A stretch of DNA of 64,000 nt from an uncultured Eubacterium sp. (lineage in GTDB: Bacteria; Bacillota; Clostridia; Peptostreptococcales; Anaerovoracaceae). Numbering within the stretch: the first letter of the stretch is position 1; every line of letters starts with the position of its first letter. The DNA is taken from assembly GCA_937894585.1 (NCBI GenBank), contig CALBGO010000021.1, positions 5 through 64,004 on the forward strand. The letters run 5' to 3'. A program made the position numbers and the translations under genes. This document shows positions 1 through 9,067 of the stretch, one piece after another. The notes beneath the pieces were generated by a model. It did no database searches. It was given only the letters and a program-made list of their open reading frames with translations, and was not told the origin of the DNA.

Positions 1-53
1 AAGAAAGGAGAGTATTGATGTATTTGGACTAAATACATCATACAAGAAAAAAT

Positions 54-590
54 ATGAACACAGAAAAGGTACTGCTGGTCATCGATATGCAGAATGATTT
101 CGTCACCGGAGCTTTAGCCAATGAGGATGCTCAGAAGATTATCGGCGGCATCCGAGCAAAAATAGCGCAGTACAAATCAGAAGATTATCCTGTTTTTTTT
201 ACCAGAGATACCCACGGTGAAAACTATCTCGACACACAGGAAGGCAGACTCCTTCCGGTGTCTCATTGTATAAAAGATACGGAAGGCTGGCAGGTTATCG
301 AAGAACTGGCAGTGGATGCCTGTGAGGAATGTACTCTTGATAAGAAGTCCTTCGGCTGTCTTGAGTTGCCTGCATGGATTTCCGAAAAGACAGGGGGCGC
401 AGTTCCTTCGGAAATCGAGCTTTGCGGTGTGTGTACCGATATCTGTGTCATTTCAAATGCGCTGATTCTGAAGGCGGCTTATCCGGAAACCGTTGTGACG
501 GTGGATGGAAGCTGCTGTGCAGGTGTAACACCTGAAAGCCATGAAACAGCCCTTTCCGCTATGAGAGCCTGTCAGGTTTTGGTAAAATAA
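54..590 (+). CDS. pncA: Nicotinamidase / isochorismatase-family cysteine hydrolase
   Basis: LLVIDMQNDF, TRDTH, HC and GVCTDICV motifs; directly upstream of nadE (NAD salvage context). Confidence 0.8.
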   Translation: MNTEKVLLVIDMQNDFVTGALANEDAQKIIGGIRAKIAQYKSEDYPVFFTRDTHGENYLDTQEGRLLPVSHCIKDTEGWQVIEELAVDACEECTLDKKSFGCLELPAWISEKTGGAVPSEIELCGVCTDICVISNALILKAAYPETVVTVDGSCCAGVTPESHETALSAMRACQVLVK

Positions 591-754
591 CAGGTCAGTG
601 AAAAGCAAAATATACAGTTTTCGTGCCGAATGAAAGTGTCGGAGCGGGTGTGATGCACATTGTCGGGCAATGACGGCGCGGAAGACGGAAGATAGAATAA
701 CAATTGATAAAATATGAAAGAAAAAGAATAAGAATAAGAATAAGGTGAGCGGAG

Positions 755-1531
755 ATGTATCAGTTTGATGTAAAGAAAACCACAGAAGATGTGGTACAGT
801 GGATTCGTGATTTTTTTGAAGTAAACGGGAAGGGCTGCAATGCGGTAATTGCTGTCAGCGGCGGAAAAGACAGTTCTGTGGCGGCAGCTCTCTGCGTGGA
901 AGCACTGGGAAAAGACCGTGTGTACGGCGTGCTTCTTCCCAACGGGGAGCAGGCGGATATCGACGCATCGGAGCTGCTTGTCAGTCATCTGGGAATCGAA
1001 CATACCGTAATCAATATTAAAGCGGGATTTGACGGACTTCTTTCCGAAATTGAAAGAAAGCTTCCTAAAGAAGTTACAAAGCAGACCAGAACAAACCTTC
1101 CCGCGAGACTTCGTATGGCTGCAACTTATGCTGTCGCCCAGTCTATGAACGGAAGAGTGGTCAATACCTGTAATCTTTCTGAAGACTGGGTCGGATATTC
1201 TACCCGTTACGGTGATGCGGCGGGAGATTTCAGTCCGCTGTCCCATCTGACAGTGCAGGAGGTAAAGGCAGTGGGCGCATATCTGGGGCTGCCGGAGGTT
1301 TTAGTGGAAAAGACGCCGATTGACGGACTTTCCGGACTGACTGATGAAGAAAATCTGGGATTCACCTATGCGGTACTGGATCGGTATATCAGAACCGGAA
1401 TCTGCGAGGATGAAGAAGTGAAAGCAAAAATTGATGCAAAGAGGCGTATGAATAAGTTTAAGCTGGAGCTGATGCCGTCTTTTCCGTTCGATGCGCTGGT
1501 ACTGGCAGAAGACGGAGAAAACGCCGAATAA
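755..1531 (+). CDS. nadE: NH3-dependent NAD+ synthetase
   Basis: SGGKDSS PP-loop, NLPARLRM, GYSTRYGD, DEENLG motifs. Confidence 0.93.
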   Translation: MYQFDVKKTTEDVVQWIRDFFEVNGKGCNAVIAVSGGKDSSVAAALCVEALGKDRVYGVLLPNGEQADIDASELLVSHLGIEHTVINIKAGFDGLLSEIERKLPKEVTKQTRTNLPARLRMAATYAVAQSMNGRVVNTCNLSEDWVGYSTRYGDAAGDFSPLSHLTVQEVKAVGAYLGLPEVLVEKTPIDGLSGLTDEENLGFTYAVLDRYIRTGICEDEEVKAKIDAKRRMNKFKLELMPSFPFDALVLAEDGENAE

Positions 1532-1699
1532 TCCGGAGGCTGCAGCCACTCTTTTTTGCCGCCCGGCTGCCGTTTCTGCAGAGTGAAAACAGAGCTTTTG
1601 CGGGCAAATCTGAAATCCGGTATAATTCCATCATATCTACACATTGAATACATATAATGGACAACAAAAATAGGTATGCTTAAGGTGGAGGTATGGAAT

Positions 1700-2068
1700 A
1701 TGGAGAAGATACAGGAGGGACAGCCCTTTACGATTTTTGTGGAATGCGCAGGTACGCCGGCACAGCTGGAAAAGGAGTTTCGCCGTATCAGAAAAACGCT
1801 TCCGAGAGGAAGCAGACTTTTCGGCGTATTCGGAAGAAATGATTATAAAAAGGAACTTGCGGAGAAACTGAGGCGGATTTCCGAACGATACTGCGATCAG
1901 CTTTACTTTACACCGTCTTCCGCAAGTGATGAAAGCCGGCGGATTGTTTTTGAAACGGCTTTTCGCAAGGCGGATTTCGGTGATTTTGTGCTGGTGCTCG
2001 GAAACAGAGATGCAGGCGCAGTCAGAGAAGCGGCAAGACAGGTTGCTTATGAGCTGGACTTATATTAA
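1700..2068 (+). CDS. Stand-alone degenerate Mur ligase C-terminal domain protein
   Basis: Aligns by eye to the C-terminal domain of the MurE at 17776 (MEKIQEGQPFTIFVECAGTP vs MEIIDKGQDFTVIVDYAHTP; YCDQLYFT vs YCDRVFVT; GDFVLVLGN vs GDCVLILGK); RBS GGAGGT at 1687-1692. Confidence 0.65.
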   Translation: MEKIQEGQPFTIFVECAGTPAQLEKEFRRIRKTLPRGSRLFGVFGRNDYKKELAEKLRRISERYCDQLYFTPSSASDESRRIVFETAFRKADFGDFVLVLGNRDAGAVREAARQVAYELDLY

Positions 2069-2088
2069 ATGAGAACAGGATTGATTTT

Positions 2089-3000
2089 ATGTTTATAGAT
2101 ATGAAAGCCCGCTGCTTTATGGAGGCAGCCAAATGTCTTAATTTTACCAGAGCTGCCGAAAAACTGTACATTTCGCAGCCGGCTCTTTCCAAAAATATAG
2201 CGTCATTGGAAGCAGAATGCAGTATGAAGCTTTTTTATCGGGACAGCCGCAGAAACAGAGTCAAACTCACTTCGGCAGGTTCTGTTATGCTGTGCGAGTT
2301 TCAAAAGATGGAGGCTATTTTGGACGGCGTCATCGATAAGGCCCGCAGAGCGGAATCGGGGCAGGAGGGTCATCTTACCATCGGTCTTCTGTGCGGACAG
2401 ATTATCAATGATATTACATCGGAAGTCCTGCGGAATATTGACGAAAAGTATCCCAAGATAGAAATTGAAAAGGTGCAGGGCGGTTTTGGAGAACTGAGCA
2501 AATGGCTTGAAGAAGGTTCCATTGATACGGCAATTACTTTGGAAGGGGAGATGACGCAGAACGACGGTATTCTTTATGAAGAAGTGCAGCAGGTCAGTCT
2601 GGGTTTTGCTGTTCAGACTTATCATCCTCTTGCCGCGAAAAGAAGCTTGCGGATTTCGGATTTAAACGGACAGAAGGTTATCGTTTCCGAGGAAAAGGAA
2701 GTCGGCGGGATTATGGAGAAATTCCGCAGACTGTGTGAAGAAGCCGGGATTTCTGTTCAGGAAGTATCGGCTCCGGATTTAATGCACATGCATATGCTTG
2801 CGGAACTTGGAAAGGGCATTCTGATTACCAGAGAAGATTCCATTATTACCAGAAGTCCCAATCTGAAGTTTTTTAAGAGCAGAGAAATGGGCAGTGTCCG
2901 GCTGGTTGCCGCATGGCGAAAAGATAATCTGAATCCTATTATTACACTGTACCACCGTATGTACGAGGATCTTTACAGGCAGCAGAAACCGGGCAAATAG
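2089..3000 (+). CDS. LysR-family transcriptional regulator
   Basis: NFTRAAEKLYISQPALSKNIASLE HTH motif, ~300 aa. Confidence 0.93.
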   Translation: MFIDMKARCFMEAAKCLNFTRAAEKLYISQPALSKNIASLEAECSMKLFYRDSRRNRVKLTSAGSVMLCEFQKMEAILDGVIDKARRAESGQEGHLTIGLLCGQIINDITSEVLRNIDEKYPKIEIEKVQGGFGELSKWLEEGSIDTAITLEGEMTQNDGILYEEVQQVSLGFAVQTYHPLAAKRSLRISDLNGQKVIVSEEKEVGGIMEKFRRLCEEAGISVQEVSAPDLMHMHMLAELGKGILITREDSIITRSPNLKFFKSREMGSVRLVAAWRKDNLNPIITLYHRMYEDLYRQQKPGK

Positions 3001-3123
3001 TGCGTCTGAGAGCCTGATGGAATGTCTGTGGAAGAGATATAACCGCTTCGGAATAGCAAGCGGAATCTTTGGTACGGCAGATGCAGTTGTTTCCAAAGAA
3101 CAGAAAAAGAAGAAAAATTTGCG

Positions 3124-3148
3124 AACCCATAACTTGTTGTTATGGGTT
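3124..3148. promoter_or_regulatory. Probable LysR recognition site for the flr-chi operon
   Basis: Perfect inverted repeat AACCCATAAC-N5-GTTATGGGTT containing T-N11-A, centred ~65 bp upstream of the start implied by TTTACG-17-TATTCT (3165-3193). Confidence 0.65.
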
Positions 3149-3164
3149 TATGATTTTTTTGAAT

Positions 3165-3227
3165 TTTACGCCGGGCGAAAAGTTTGGTATTCTGCAATTG
3201 ACAGGAAATTCACAAGTTGTGCATAAT
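3165..3227 (+). promoter_or_regulatory. Candidate sigmaA promoters of the flr operon
   Basis: TTTACG-N17-TATTCT with extended TG (3165-3193) and TTGACA-N18-CATAAT (3198-3227). Confidence 0.45.
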
Positions 3228-3346
3228 GAGTTAAAAACATACTAAAATCATCTTAAGAATCTCGCTGTTGCCTTGCGGCCGGGCGGAAGTTTTCCCGGCT
3301 GCGAAAGTCCTAATTTAAATTATTACAATTCCCGGAGGAAAGAACA

Positions 3347-3556
3347 ATGACAAAAGAAGCAATCAAGAATTTTGTGATCGGCGCAGTTATCAGTGCGGTT
3401 ATCACTGCGTTAATCGTAGGTCTGGTGATCGGAGAAAAAGGCGTGCCTGTTGATGTAAAGGGCAATGTAATCGGCAATCTGATTACAGCAATTATCTGCG
3501 GCGGTATTTCAGGCTTTGCGACAACAATTACTCTGTATAAGAAATTCGGAAAATAA
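3347..3556 (+). CDS. Small two-helix membrane protein, unknown function
   Basis: RBS GGAGG, 69 aa with two hydrophobic segments, first gene of the operon. Confidence 0.7.
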   Translation: MTKEAIKNFVIGAVISAVITALIVGLVIGEKGVPVDVKGNVIGNLITAIICGGISGFATTITLYKKFGK

Positions 3557-3616
3557 TCTGCAGGTTAAAGTAAGCGGAAACAGATAAACAAACATAAAGA
3601 AAAGAGGAGTAACAAC

Positions 3617-4549
3617 ATGAAAATCTTAGGTATTTCCGGCGGTACAAAAAACGGAAACAACGATGCAATGTGTAAAGAAGCACTGATGGGTGCAAAAGAA
3701 AACGGTGCAGAAATCGAATTTATCAATCTGAACGAATTACATCTCGAACACTGCACAGGCTGCACTGCCTGCGTAATGAGCCTGATGAGCGGTAAAGGCG
3801 GCAAGTGTCCTGTAAAGGATGATTTCGAATGGCTCAGAGATAAGATGATGGATGCAGACGGCATCGTATGGTCCATTCCTATTTTCGAAAAAGGCGCTTC
3901 CGGTCTGTTCCACACGATTATGGACAGAATGGGACCGAGAAACGACAAGGCAATGCTGATTGTAGGCAGCAAGATTGCAGAAGAAACCGGCGGTACTGCT
4001 CCTGATCAGAGAATGCTGAAGGACAAGGTTGTTTCTTATATCGGCGTAGGCGGTTCCGACTGGTCCACAAGAATCCAGTGCGACTTCTTCAATCAGGCTC
4101 TGACTCCTGCATGGAAGGTAATCGATACAGAAGTATTCTCATGGTCTAAGTGCATTATTATGGAAGACGAAAAGGTACAGAGATCTCATCAGATCGGCGC
4201 TGATCTTGCCAAGGCTGCCGCAGATATGGAAAATGCAAAATGGCAGGGTGATCCGGGCGTATGTCCGCACTGCCACTGCAGAGAATTCTACTTAAGTGAT
4301 GACGCTGCACAGGCAACCTGCTGCGCCTGCGGTCTGGTAGGTGAAATTAAGGTAGAAGACGGCAAGCTGTCTTTCCACTTTGATCCGGAAACTGAATTCC
4401 ATGCACACGACCTGCTCTCCGGAAAGTTCATCCATGTTGATGATATCAAGGAAAACGAAGGCAAGCTGATGGAATGGAAAAAGACAGAAGAATTCAAGCA
4501 GAGAAAACAGGCTTACATTGACTTTATTTCTTCCAGCAAGCCACAGTAA
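3617..4549 (+). CDS. flr: Flavone/flavonol reductase (FLR; FMN-binding flavodoxin-like ene-reductase)
   Basis: MKILGISGG..NG.ND.MC.EALMGAKE start, HCTGCTAC, GGSDW, GVCPHCH, LSGKFIH; closely matches my recollection of Flavonifractor plautii FLR; adjacent to chi. Confidence 0.85.
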   Translation: MKILGISGGTKNGNNDAMCKEALMGAKENGAEIEFINLNELHLEHCTGCTACVMSLMSGKGGKCPVKDDFEWLRDKMMDADGIVWSIPIFEKGASGLFHTIMDRMGPRNDKAMLIVGSKIAEETGGTAPDQRMLKDKVVSYIGVGGSDWSTRIQCDFFNQALTPAWKVIDTEVFSWSKCIIMEDEKVQRSHQIGADLAKAAADMENAKWQGDPGVCPHCHCREFYLSDDAAQATCCACGLVGEIKVEDGKLSFHFDPETEFHAHDLLSGKFIHVDDIKENEGKLMEWKKTEEFKQRKQAYIDFISSSKPQ

Positions 4550-4702
4550 CTTTAGAATGAATATTCAGGGGCTGCAGTGTCAGCCCCTTGTTCCGTAATT
4601 TTCAGACAATAAAATCGGTGATAAAAGCCGGAAATGAGAATTGTAAATGAATTAATTATAATTCGTCTGAAATTATATATACTGCTCGAAAGGAGATTTC
4701 AA

Positions 4703-5557
4703 ATGACAAAGAATATGCTGGGCTTTGAGCCTATGAGAAGTTTAATCTATGTTGACTGCGCCAAGGAAGACTACAGAGTCAAGCTGGAAAACTGGCTGTA
4801 CAAATATCACATTCCTGACAGCATTTCGCAGTTCGGCCCTTATGTTTCCAAATACGCATTTTACAGCGCACTGCCTGTGCCGGAAGGCGGAGAACGGTTC
4901 GGCGCGGTGAAGATGCAGCTGACTGAGCATTACTGGCTGGCAAATCCGAACAATATTGCGCAGTTTGATCATCACAAAGCGCTGACTGAATATTTTCCGC
5001 CTGATGTGCTGAAATGGCAGGGAAACCTTCCTGATGAAGATTTCCAGTGTGAAAATGTGGAAGGCGATGAAGCAAGAGCTGTCAAGGGAGACGCTTCCAA
5101 GGGAACTGTTCCGTTTATCTTCGCTTTTGTACCTGTTTGGTGGGAAGAAGATTACAAGGGAGCAGGCAGAACCATTGAAGACGGACCAAACTACAGATGG
5201 CAGGTTGTTGTAAAGTATCCTGATGACGCAAAAGAAACTGTAGACAAGTGGTTCCGCGAAGAATTTCTTGCAGCCTTCGCTGAATGCGAAGAAACGACAA
5301 GAGTTCTGTCCAGCAAAGTGATTAAAGAAGCAAACGGATGTGAATTTGACCGCGTGGCAGAGCTGTGGTTCGAAAGCCCAAGTGCATGGAAAGCGGCTGT
5401 TGCAAAAGCTTCTGCAAAAGTTCGCAGACCGGCATGGCACGAAACAGAAGACTTCCCTTATCTGACAAAATCCTTCGGTATCAGCAGCATCTTCCTGTCT
5501 GATATCGCAAGATCCGATAATATGACCCAGTATAACGGATATATTACAATGAGATAA
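4703..5557 (+). CDS. chi: Bacterial chalcone isomerase (Eubacterium ramulus CHI type)
   Basis: FEPMRSLIYVDC, HIPDSISQF (catalytic His region), MQLTEH, GRTIEDG.NYR, terminal Y.GYITMR match recalled E. ramulus CHI; RBS AAGGAG before ATG 4703. Confidence 0.88.
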   Translation: MTKNMLGFEPMRSLIYVDCAKEDYRVKLENWLYKYHIPDSISQFGPYVSKYAFYSALPVPEGGERFGAVKMQLTEHYWLANPNNIAQFDHHKALTEYFPPDVLKWQGNLPDEDFQCENVEGDEARAVKGDASKGTVPFIFAFVPVWWEEDYKGAGRTIEDGPNYRWQVVVKYPDDAKETVDKWFREEFLAAFAECEETTRVLSSKVIKEANGCEFDRVAELWFESPSAWKAAVAKASAKVRRPAWHETEDFPYLTKSFGISSIFLSDIARSDNMTQYNGYITMR

Positions 5558-5695
5558 TGGTATCGTTCTGCAAGAACGAGCCGGGGGGCGAAGTTCGGGA
5601 AGCAGGACACAAGTTATATAAGTATTTTCAGAGACCACGGGTGTATCCCGCCGGTCTCTTCCTACTATCATAGTGAAAAGGAGAGGAGTGTTAAG

Positions 5696-7084
5696 ATGGC
5701 AGAAAAATTTTATGCAAAAGGCCCCGGAAACGAAGGCTATATTAAGAATTTGGAAGTGCAGTCTTTCTGTAATCTGGACGGCGAATGCGGTATGTTTCAG
5801 ATGGCGCTGTATAAAACGGAAGACGGCAAATATTATTTATACGGCGCATGCTTCGGCGGCACGAAAAACGGCGTGATGATCAGTGATGTCACTGATCCGA
5901 AAAATCCGAAATTTATCAAGCATTTCCAGCTTGTTGATCCGGAGGAATATCCGACGACAACGACCCCGAAAATTCAGATTGCAGACGACCTGTTAATCTG
6001 CGCCATGAGTGCAGGTTCCGGCCCGGGCGCACTGGTTGATCAGAGCAAACTCCGCGATATGAAATGCGAAGTGGGCGTGAGAATCTACAGCCTGAAAAAA
6101 GATCCGCTGAATCCTGAATTTTTAAGCTACTGGGACTGCGGTGTACCGCATTCTCTGGGCGTACACAGATTTATGTATGACGGCGGCAGATATGTGCACC
6201 TGACTGCAGAATCCGACCGTTTTGAAGGCAGTATTTACAGAATTCTGGACATTGCTGATCCGAGAAATCCTGTGGAAGTCGGAAACTGGTGGGCGCCGCA
6301 TCAGTTTGTGGACGGTTATCCGGGAAGAACAGTGGATCATACTGCCGGTCATAATCCGGAATTTATGGACAAAGGCTGGCTCCACGGTCCTGCCTTTGTA
6401 AGAGACGGCAAGGCTTATCTCGGTTACTGCGGAGACGGCCTGTATGTGCTTGATGTAGAGGATATGAGCCGTCCGAAATGCCTCGGAAATCTGCGTTTTA
6501 TGCCGGCATTCAGCAGTGAAATGGCAGGGGCAAGAACCCATACTGCTCTGCCGCTTCCGGGAAGGGACCTGGTTGTAGTAACCAACGAAGGAGAACGATT
6601 CCAGTTCTTCCCGCCTGAAATGAAGATGAAGCCGCAGGCAATGAACAATCTGCATATGGTTGATGTCAGCGATCCGACCAGACCGACACTGATTGCGGAA
6701 TTCCCTTATCCGGAAGTGCCTGAGAATTTCCCGTATCCGAATTTTAATGTGATGCAGAGAGTAAACGCCGGTCCGTTCGGTCCGCACAATCTTCACGAAC
6801 CGATGGCAGGAAAACCTTGGCTGGAGCAGAGAGGGGACAGAGTGTACTGCTGTTACTTCCACGCAGGCCTGCGCGTTTACGATGTCAGCGATCCTTATTA
6901 TATTAAGGAAATCGCATACTTTATTCCGCCGAATCCGGCAAAGAAACCGGAAGAGTCTTACTTCCCGGGATTCCCGGGTCCTCGCAACGCGACGACAGAA
7001 GACTGTATCGTAGATGACAGAGGAAATATCATTATCGATGCGCTGGATGACGGATTCTATATTCTGAAAATGAAAGAAGACTAA
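5696..7084 (+). CDS. LVIVD-repeat beta-propeller protein, putative metallohydrolase
   Basis: Repeated DVTDPKNP / DIADPRNP / DVSDPTRP / DVSDPY blades; several His/Glu motifs (GVHRF, LHGP, RTHTA, TNEGE, PHNLHE); no signal peptide. Confidence 0.75.
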   Translation: MAEKFYAKGPGNEGYIKNLEVQSFCNLDGECGMFQMALYKTEDGKYYLYGACFGGTKNGVMISDVTDPKNPKFIKHFQLVDPEEYPTTTTPKIQIADDLLICAMSAGSGPGALVDQSKLRDMKCEVGVRIYSLKKDPLNPEFLSYWDCGVPHSLGVHRFMYDGGRYVHLTAESDRFEGSIYRILDIADPRNPVEVGNWWAPHQFVDGYPGRTVDHTAGHNPEFMDKGWLHGPAFVRDGKAYLGYCGDGLYVLDVEDMSRPKCLGNLRFMPAFSSEMAGARTHTALPLPGRDLVVVTNEGERFQFFPPEMKMKPQAMNNLHMVDVSDPTRPTLIAEFPYPEVPENFPYPNFNVMQRVNAGPFGPHNLHEPMAGKPWLEQRGDRVYCCYFHAGLRVYDVSDPYYIKEIAYFIPPNPAKKPEESYFPGFPGPRNATTEDCIVDDRGNIIIDALDDGFYILKMKED

Positions 7085-7117
7085 GAGAAAATAAATTAAA
7101 TTATTATTTCAGAAATA

Positions 7118-7154
7118 ACGCACCTTGGGAATAACCCGGGGTGCGTAGTTTTTT
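7118..7154 (+). terminator. Rho-independent terminator after the flr-chi-LVIVD operon
   Basis: ACGCACCTTGGG-N5-CCCGGGGTGCGT stem followed by a T run. Confidence 0.7.
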
Positions 7155-7231
7155 GTATGGGTTAAAGCGGCGTCGGGAAACAGAGCCTCTTCCGAAAGGA
7201 GCCCGAAATCCGGCATCGGGGAACAGAACCT

Positions 7232-8611
7232 CTAAATTCCCAGTCGCTGACATTTTTTTACCAGAGTGGAATGGTCGATACCCAGAGCGGCGGCAGCTTT
7301 CCGTTTGGAACCGTAGCGTTCCAAAGCATTTCGTATCATCTGCCGCTCCAGAGATTCGGTAGCGGCCTTCAGGGTTCCGTGACGCTCTTTTGCTGCCTGT
7401 ACTCTGACTGCGGGAAGCCCAAGAACTCTCGCGACGACATCGCCGTCAATCACATTGGTGAAATTTATCACCACCATTCGCTCCATTACATTTTTCAGTT
7501 CACGAATATTTCCGGGCCAGCTGTATTCCAGCATCATAGTTTTGGCAAGGCGGGTCATAATGATGTTTTTGTTGTATCTGGTGTTGTACTGTTTCAGGAA
7601 GAGCTCTGTCAGCGGTTCGATATCCGCCTGCCGTTCTTTCAGCGGCATTAGGGTAATCGGCACCACATTGAGCCGGTAGTAGAGGTCTTCTCTGAAAGTT
7701 CCCCGCTCAATGCCGATTTTCAGGTCTTTGTTGGTGGAGGCGATGAGACGGATATTCAGAGATATGGGAGTTTTGCCGCCGACCCTGGTGACCTCCTTAC
7801 TCTGCAGAACACGCAGCAGCTTGACCTGAAGATCCATAGGCATATCGCCTATTTCGTCAAGAAGCACTGTACCTCCGTTTGCAATCTCAAAAAGACCTGC
7901 CTTTCCGCCTTTCTTTGCACCGGTAAAAGCGCCTTCCTCATATCCGAAAAGCTCCGATTCCAAAAGATTTGCGGGGATAGCGGAGCAATTGAGTTTGATA
8001 AAGGGTTTTCCTTTTCGGTCGCTTTCCATATAAATTGCATCGGCGATGATTTCCTTTCCGGTGCCGCTTTCTCCTGTGATTAAAACGGTAACATCGGTTT
8101 TCGCTACGGAGCGGGCGATGGCGAAAGCCTCCTGCATACAGATACTTTCCGCTACTACATCTACGTCATAAATCTGTTTTCCGCGGAAATATTCCAGTTC
8201 CGCAGCACCCTGACTGTTTTCCTTGCGAAGCTCTGCCAGGTGGTCCTTCAGCTCCTCAAGACGAGCGATGTCCTTTTCTGTTGCAATGGCGTATCGGATT
8301 GTTCCGTCCTCGTTAAAAACAGGGATTCCCGTAATATGCACTTTGGTATGGGTTCGCGTCAATTCACCGACCTTTTCGCAGCGTTTTCCGCTGGTAAGTA
8401 CATCGGGAAGAACACCGCCGGAATAGAATGTCTTTGACTGATTCAGTTCAAAAATATTTTTTCCGACCAGCTCCTCGCGGCTGATATCACCGAGAGCCAG
8501 ATAGGCGTCGTTGACATAAATGGTGTTTCCTTCGCCGTCAACCACATAGATGGCGTCAATCAGGTGATCGCAGATATTCTTAAAATCAATTTCAACTTTG
8601 TTCCGATTCAT
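7232..8611 (-). CDS. PAS-domain sigma54-dependent activator (bacterial enhancer-binding protein)
   Basis: PAS N-terminus, GESGTGKE Walker A, GAFTGA, LLDEIGD, Fis-type HTH; RBS AAAAGGAG before the ATG at 8611. Confidence 0.92.
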   Translation of the reverse strand: MNRNKVEIDFKNICDHLIDAIYVVDGEGNTIYVNDAYLALGDISREELVGKNIFELNQSKTFYSGGVLPDVLTSGKRCEKVGELTRTHTKVHITGIPVFNEDGTIRYAIATEKDIARLEELKDHLAELRKENSQGAAELEYFRGKQIYDVDVVAESICMQEAFAIARSVAKTDVTVLITGESGTGKEIIADAIYMESDRKGKPFIKLNCSAIPANLLESELFGYEEGAFTGAKKGGKAGLFEIANGGTVLLDEIGDMPMDLQVKLLRVLQSKEVTRVGGKTPISLNIRLIASTNKDLKIGIERGTFREDLYYRLNVVPITLMPLKERQADIEPLTELFLKQYNTRYNKNIIMTRLAKTMMLEYSWPGNIRELKNVMERMVVINFTNVIDGDVVARVLGLPAVRVQAAKERHGTLKAATESLERQMIRNALERYGSKRKAAAALGIDHSTLVKKCQRLGI

Positions 8612-8720
8612 AAATTCCATCTCCTTTTGATGTGCAGGCACTCTTTTTGCTTGTGTAAAACCGTATTCCGCAATGCCGCAGTGTCGCTGTACAGATACAT
8701 TGGTCTGCGCAGGATATGTG

Positions 8721-8768
8721 CGGTGATATTTTTCACCGATTCTATTTATATGGTGACATATTTCACCA
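8721..8768. promoter_or_regulatory. Tandem upstream activator sequences (two GGTGA-N6-TCACC palindromes)
   Basis: CGGTGA-TATTTT-TCACCG (8721-8738) and TGGTGA-CATATT-TCACCA (8751-8768), 30 bp apart, ~140-190 bp upstream of the sigma54 promoter. Confidence 0.75.
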
Positions 8769-8909
8769 AGGAAAGCAAGGATTTTTTGCAAAATCCCAAG
8801 AAAGCTGCCGAGAAAATCATACAGAAGAGATTTGTTCAAAGACCGGGGAAAATATTTTCGTTGAAATTAAGCGTTCTTTCCATAGTTACCGTAAAGTTAT
8901 CTGAAAATT

Positions 8910-8925
8910 TGGCACGGCATTTGCT
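8910..8925 (+). promoter_or_regulatory. Sigma54 -24/-12 promoter
   Basis: TGGCAC-GGCAT-TTGCT, exact consensus, divergent from a sigma54 activator gene. Confidence 0.9.
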
Positions 8926-9067
8926 TTTAAGATGTGATGCAAGAACAAAATAAGAAGTCTTGCGCAGCAGACGCAAACCGGCAAAGATGTTAATCGGAAG
9001 AGATATAAAAAAAGCGTCTGTTTATGAAACAGTTAAATTTTTTGGATGATATAAAGGAGAGGGAAAC

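Noticed and set aside
724..744. (AAGAAT)3 repeat upstream of nadE as a phase-variation tract
   Set aside because: Too few units, intergenic, and in an A-rich context
8612..8839. N-terminal extension of the sigma54 activator in the ORF track (535 aa)
   Set aside because: A strong RBS precedes the ATG at 8611, and the extension runs across the enhancer palindromes
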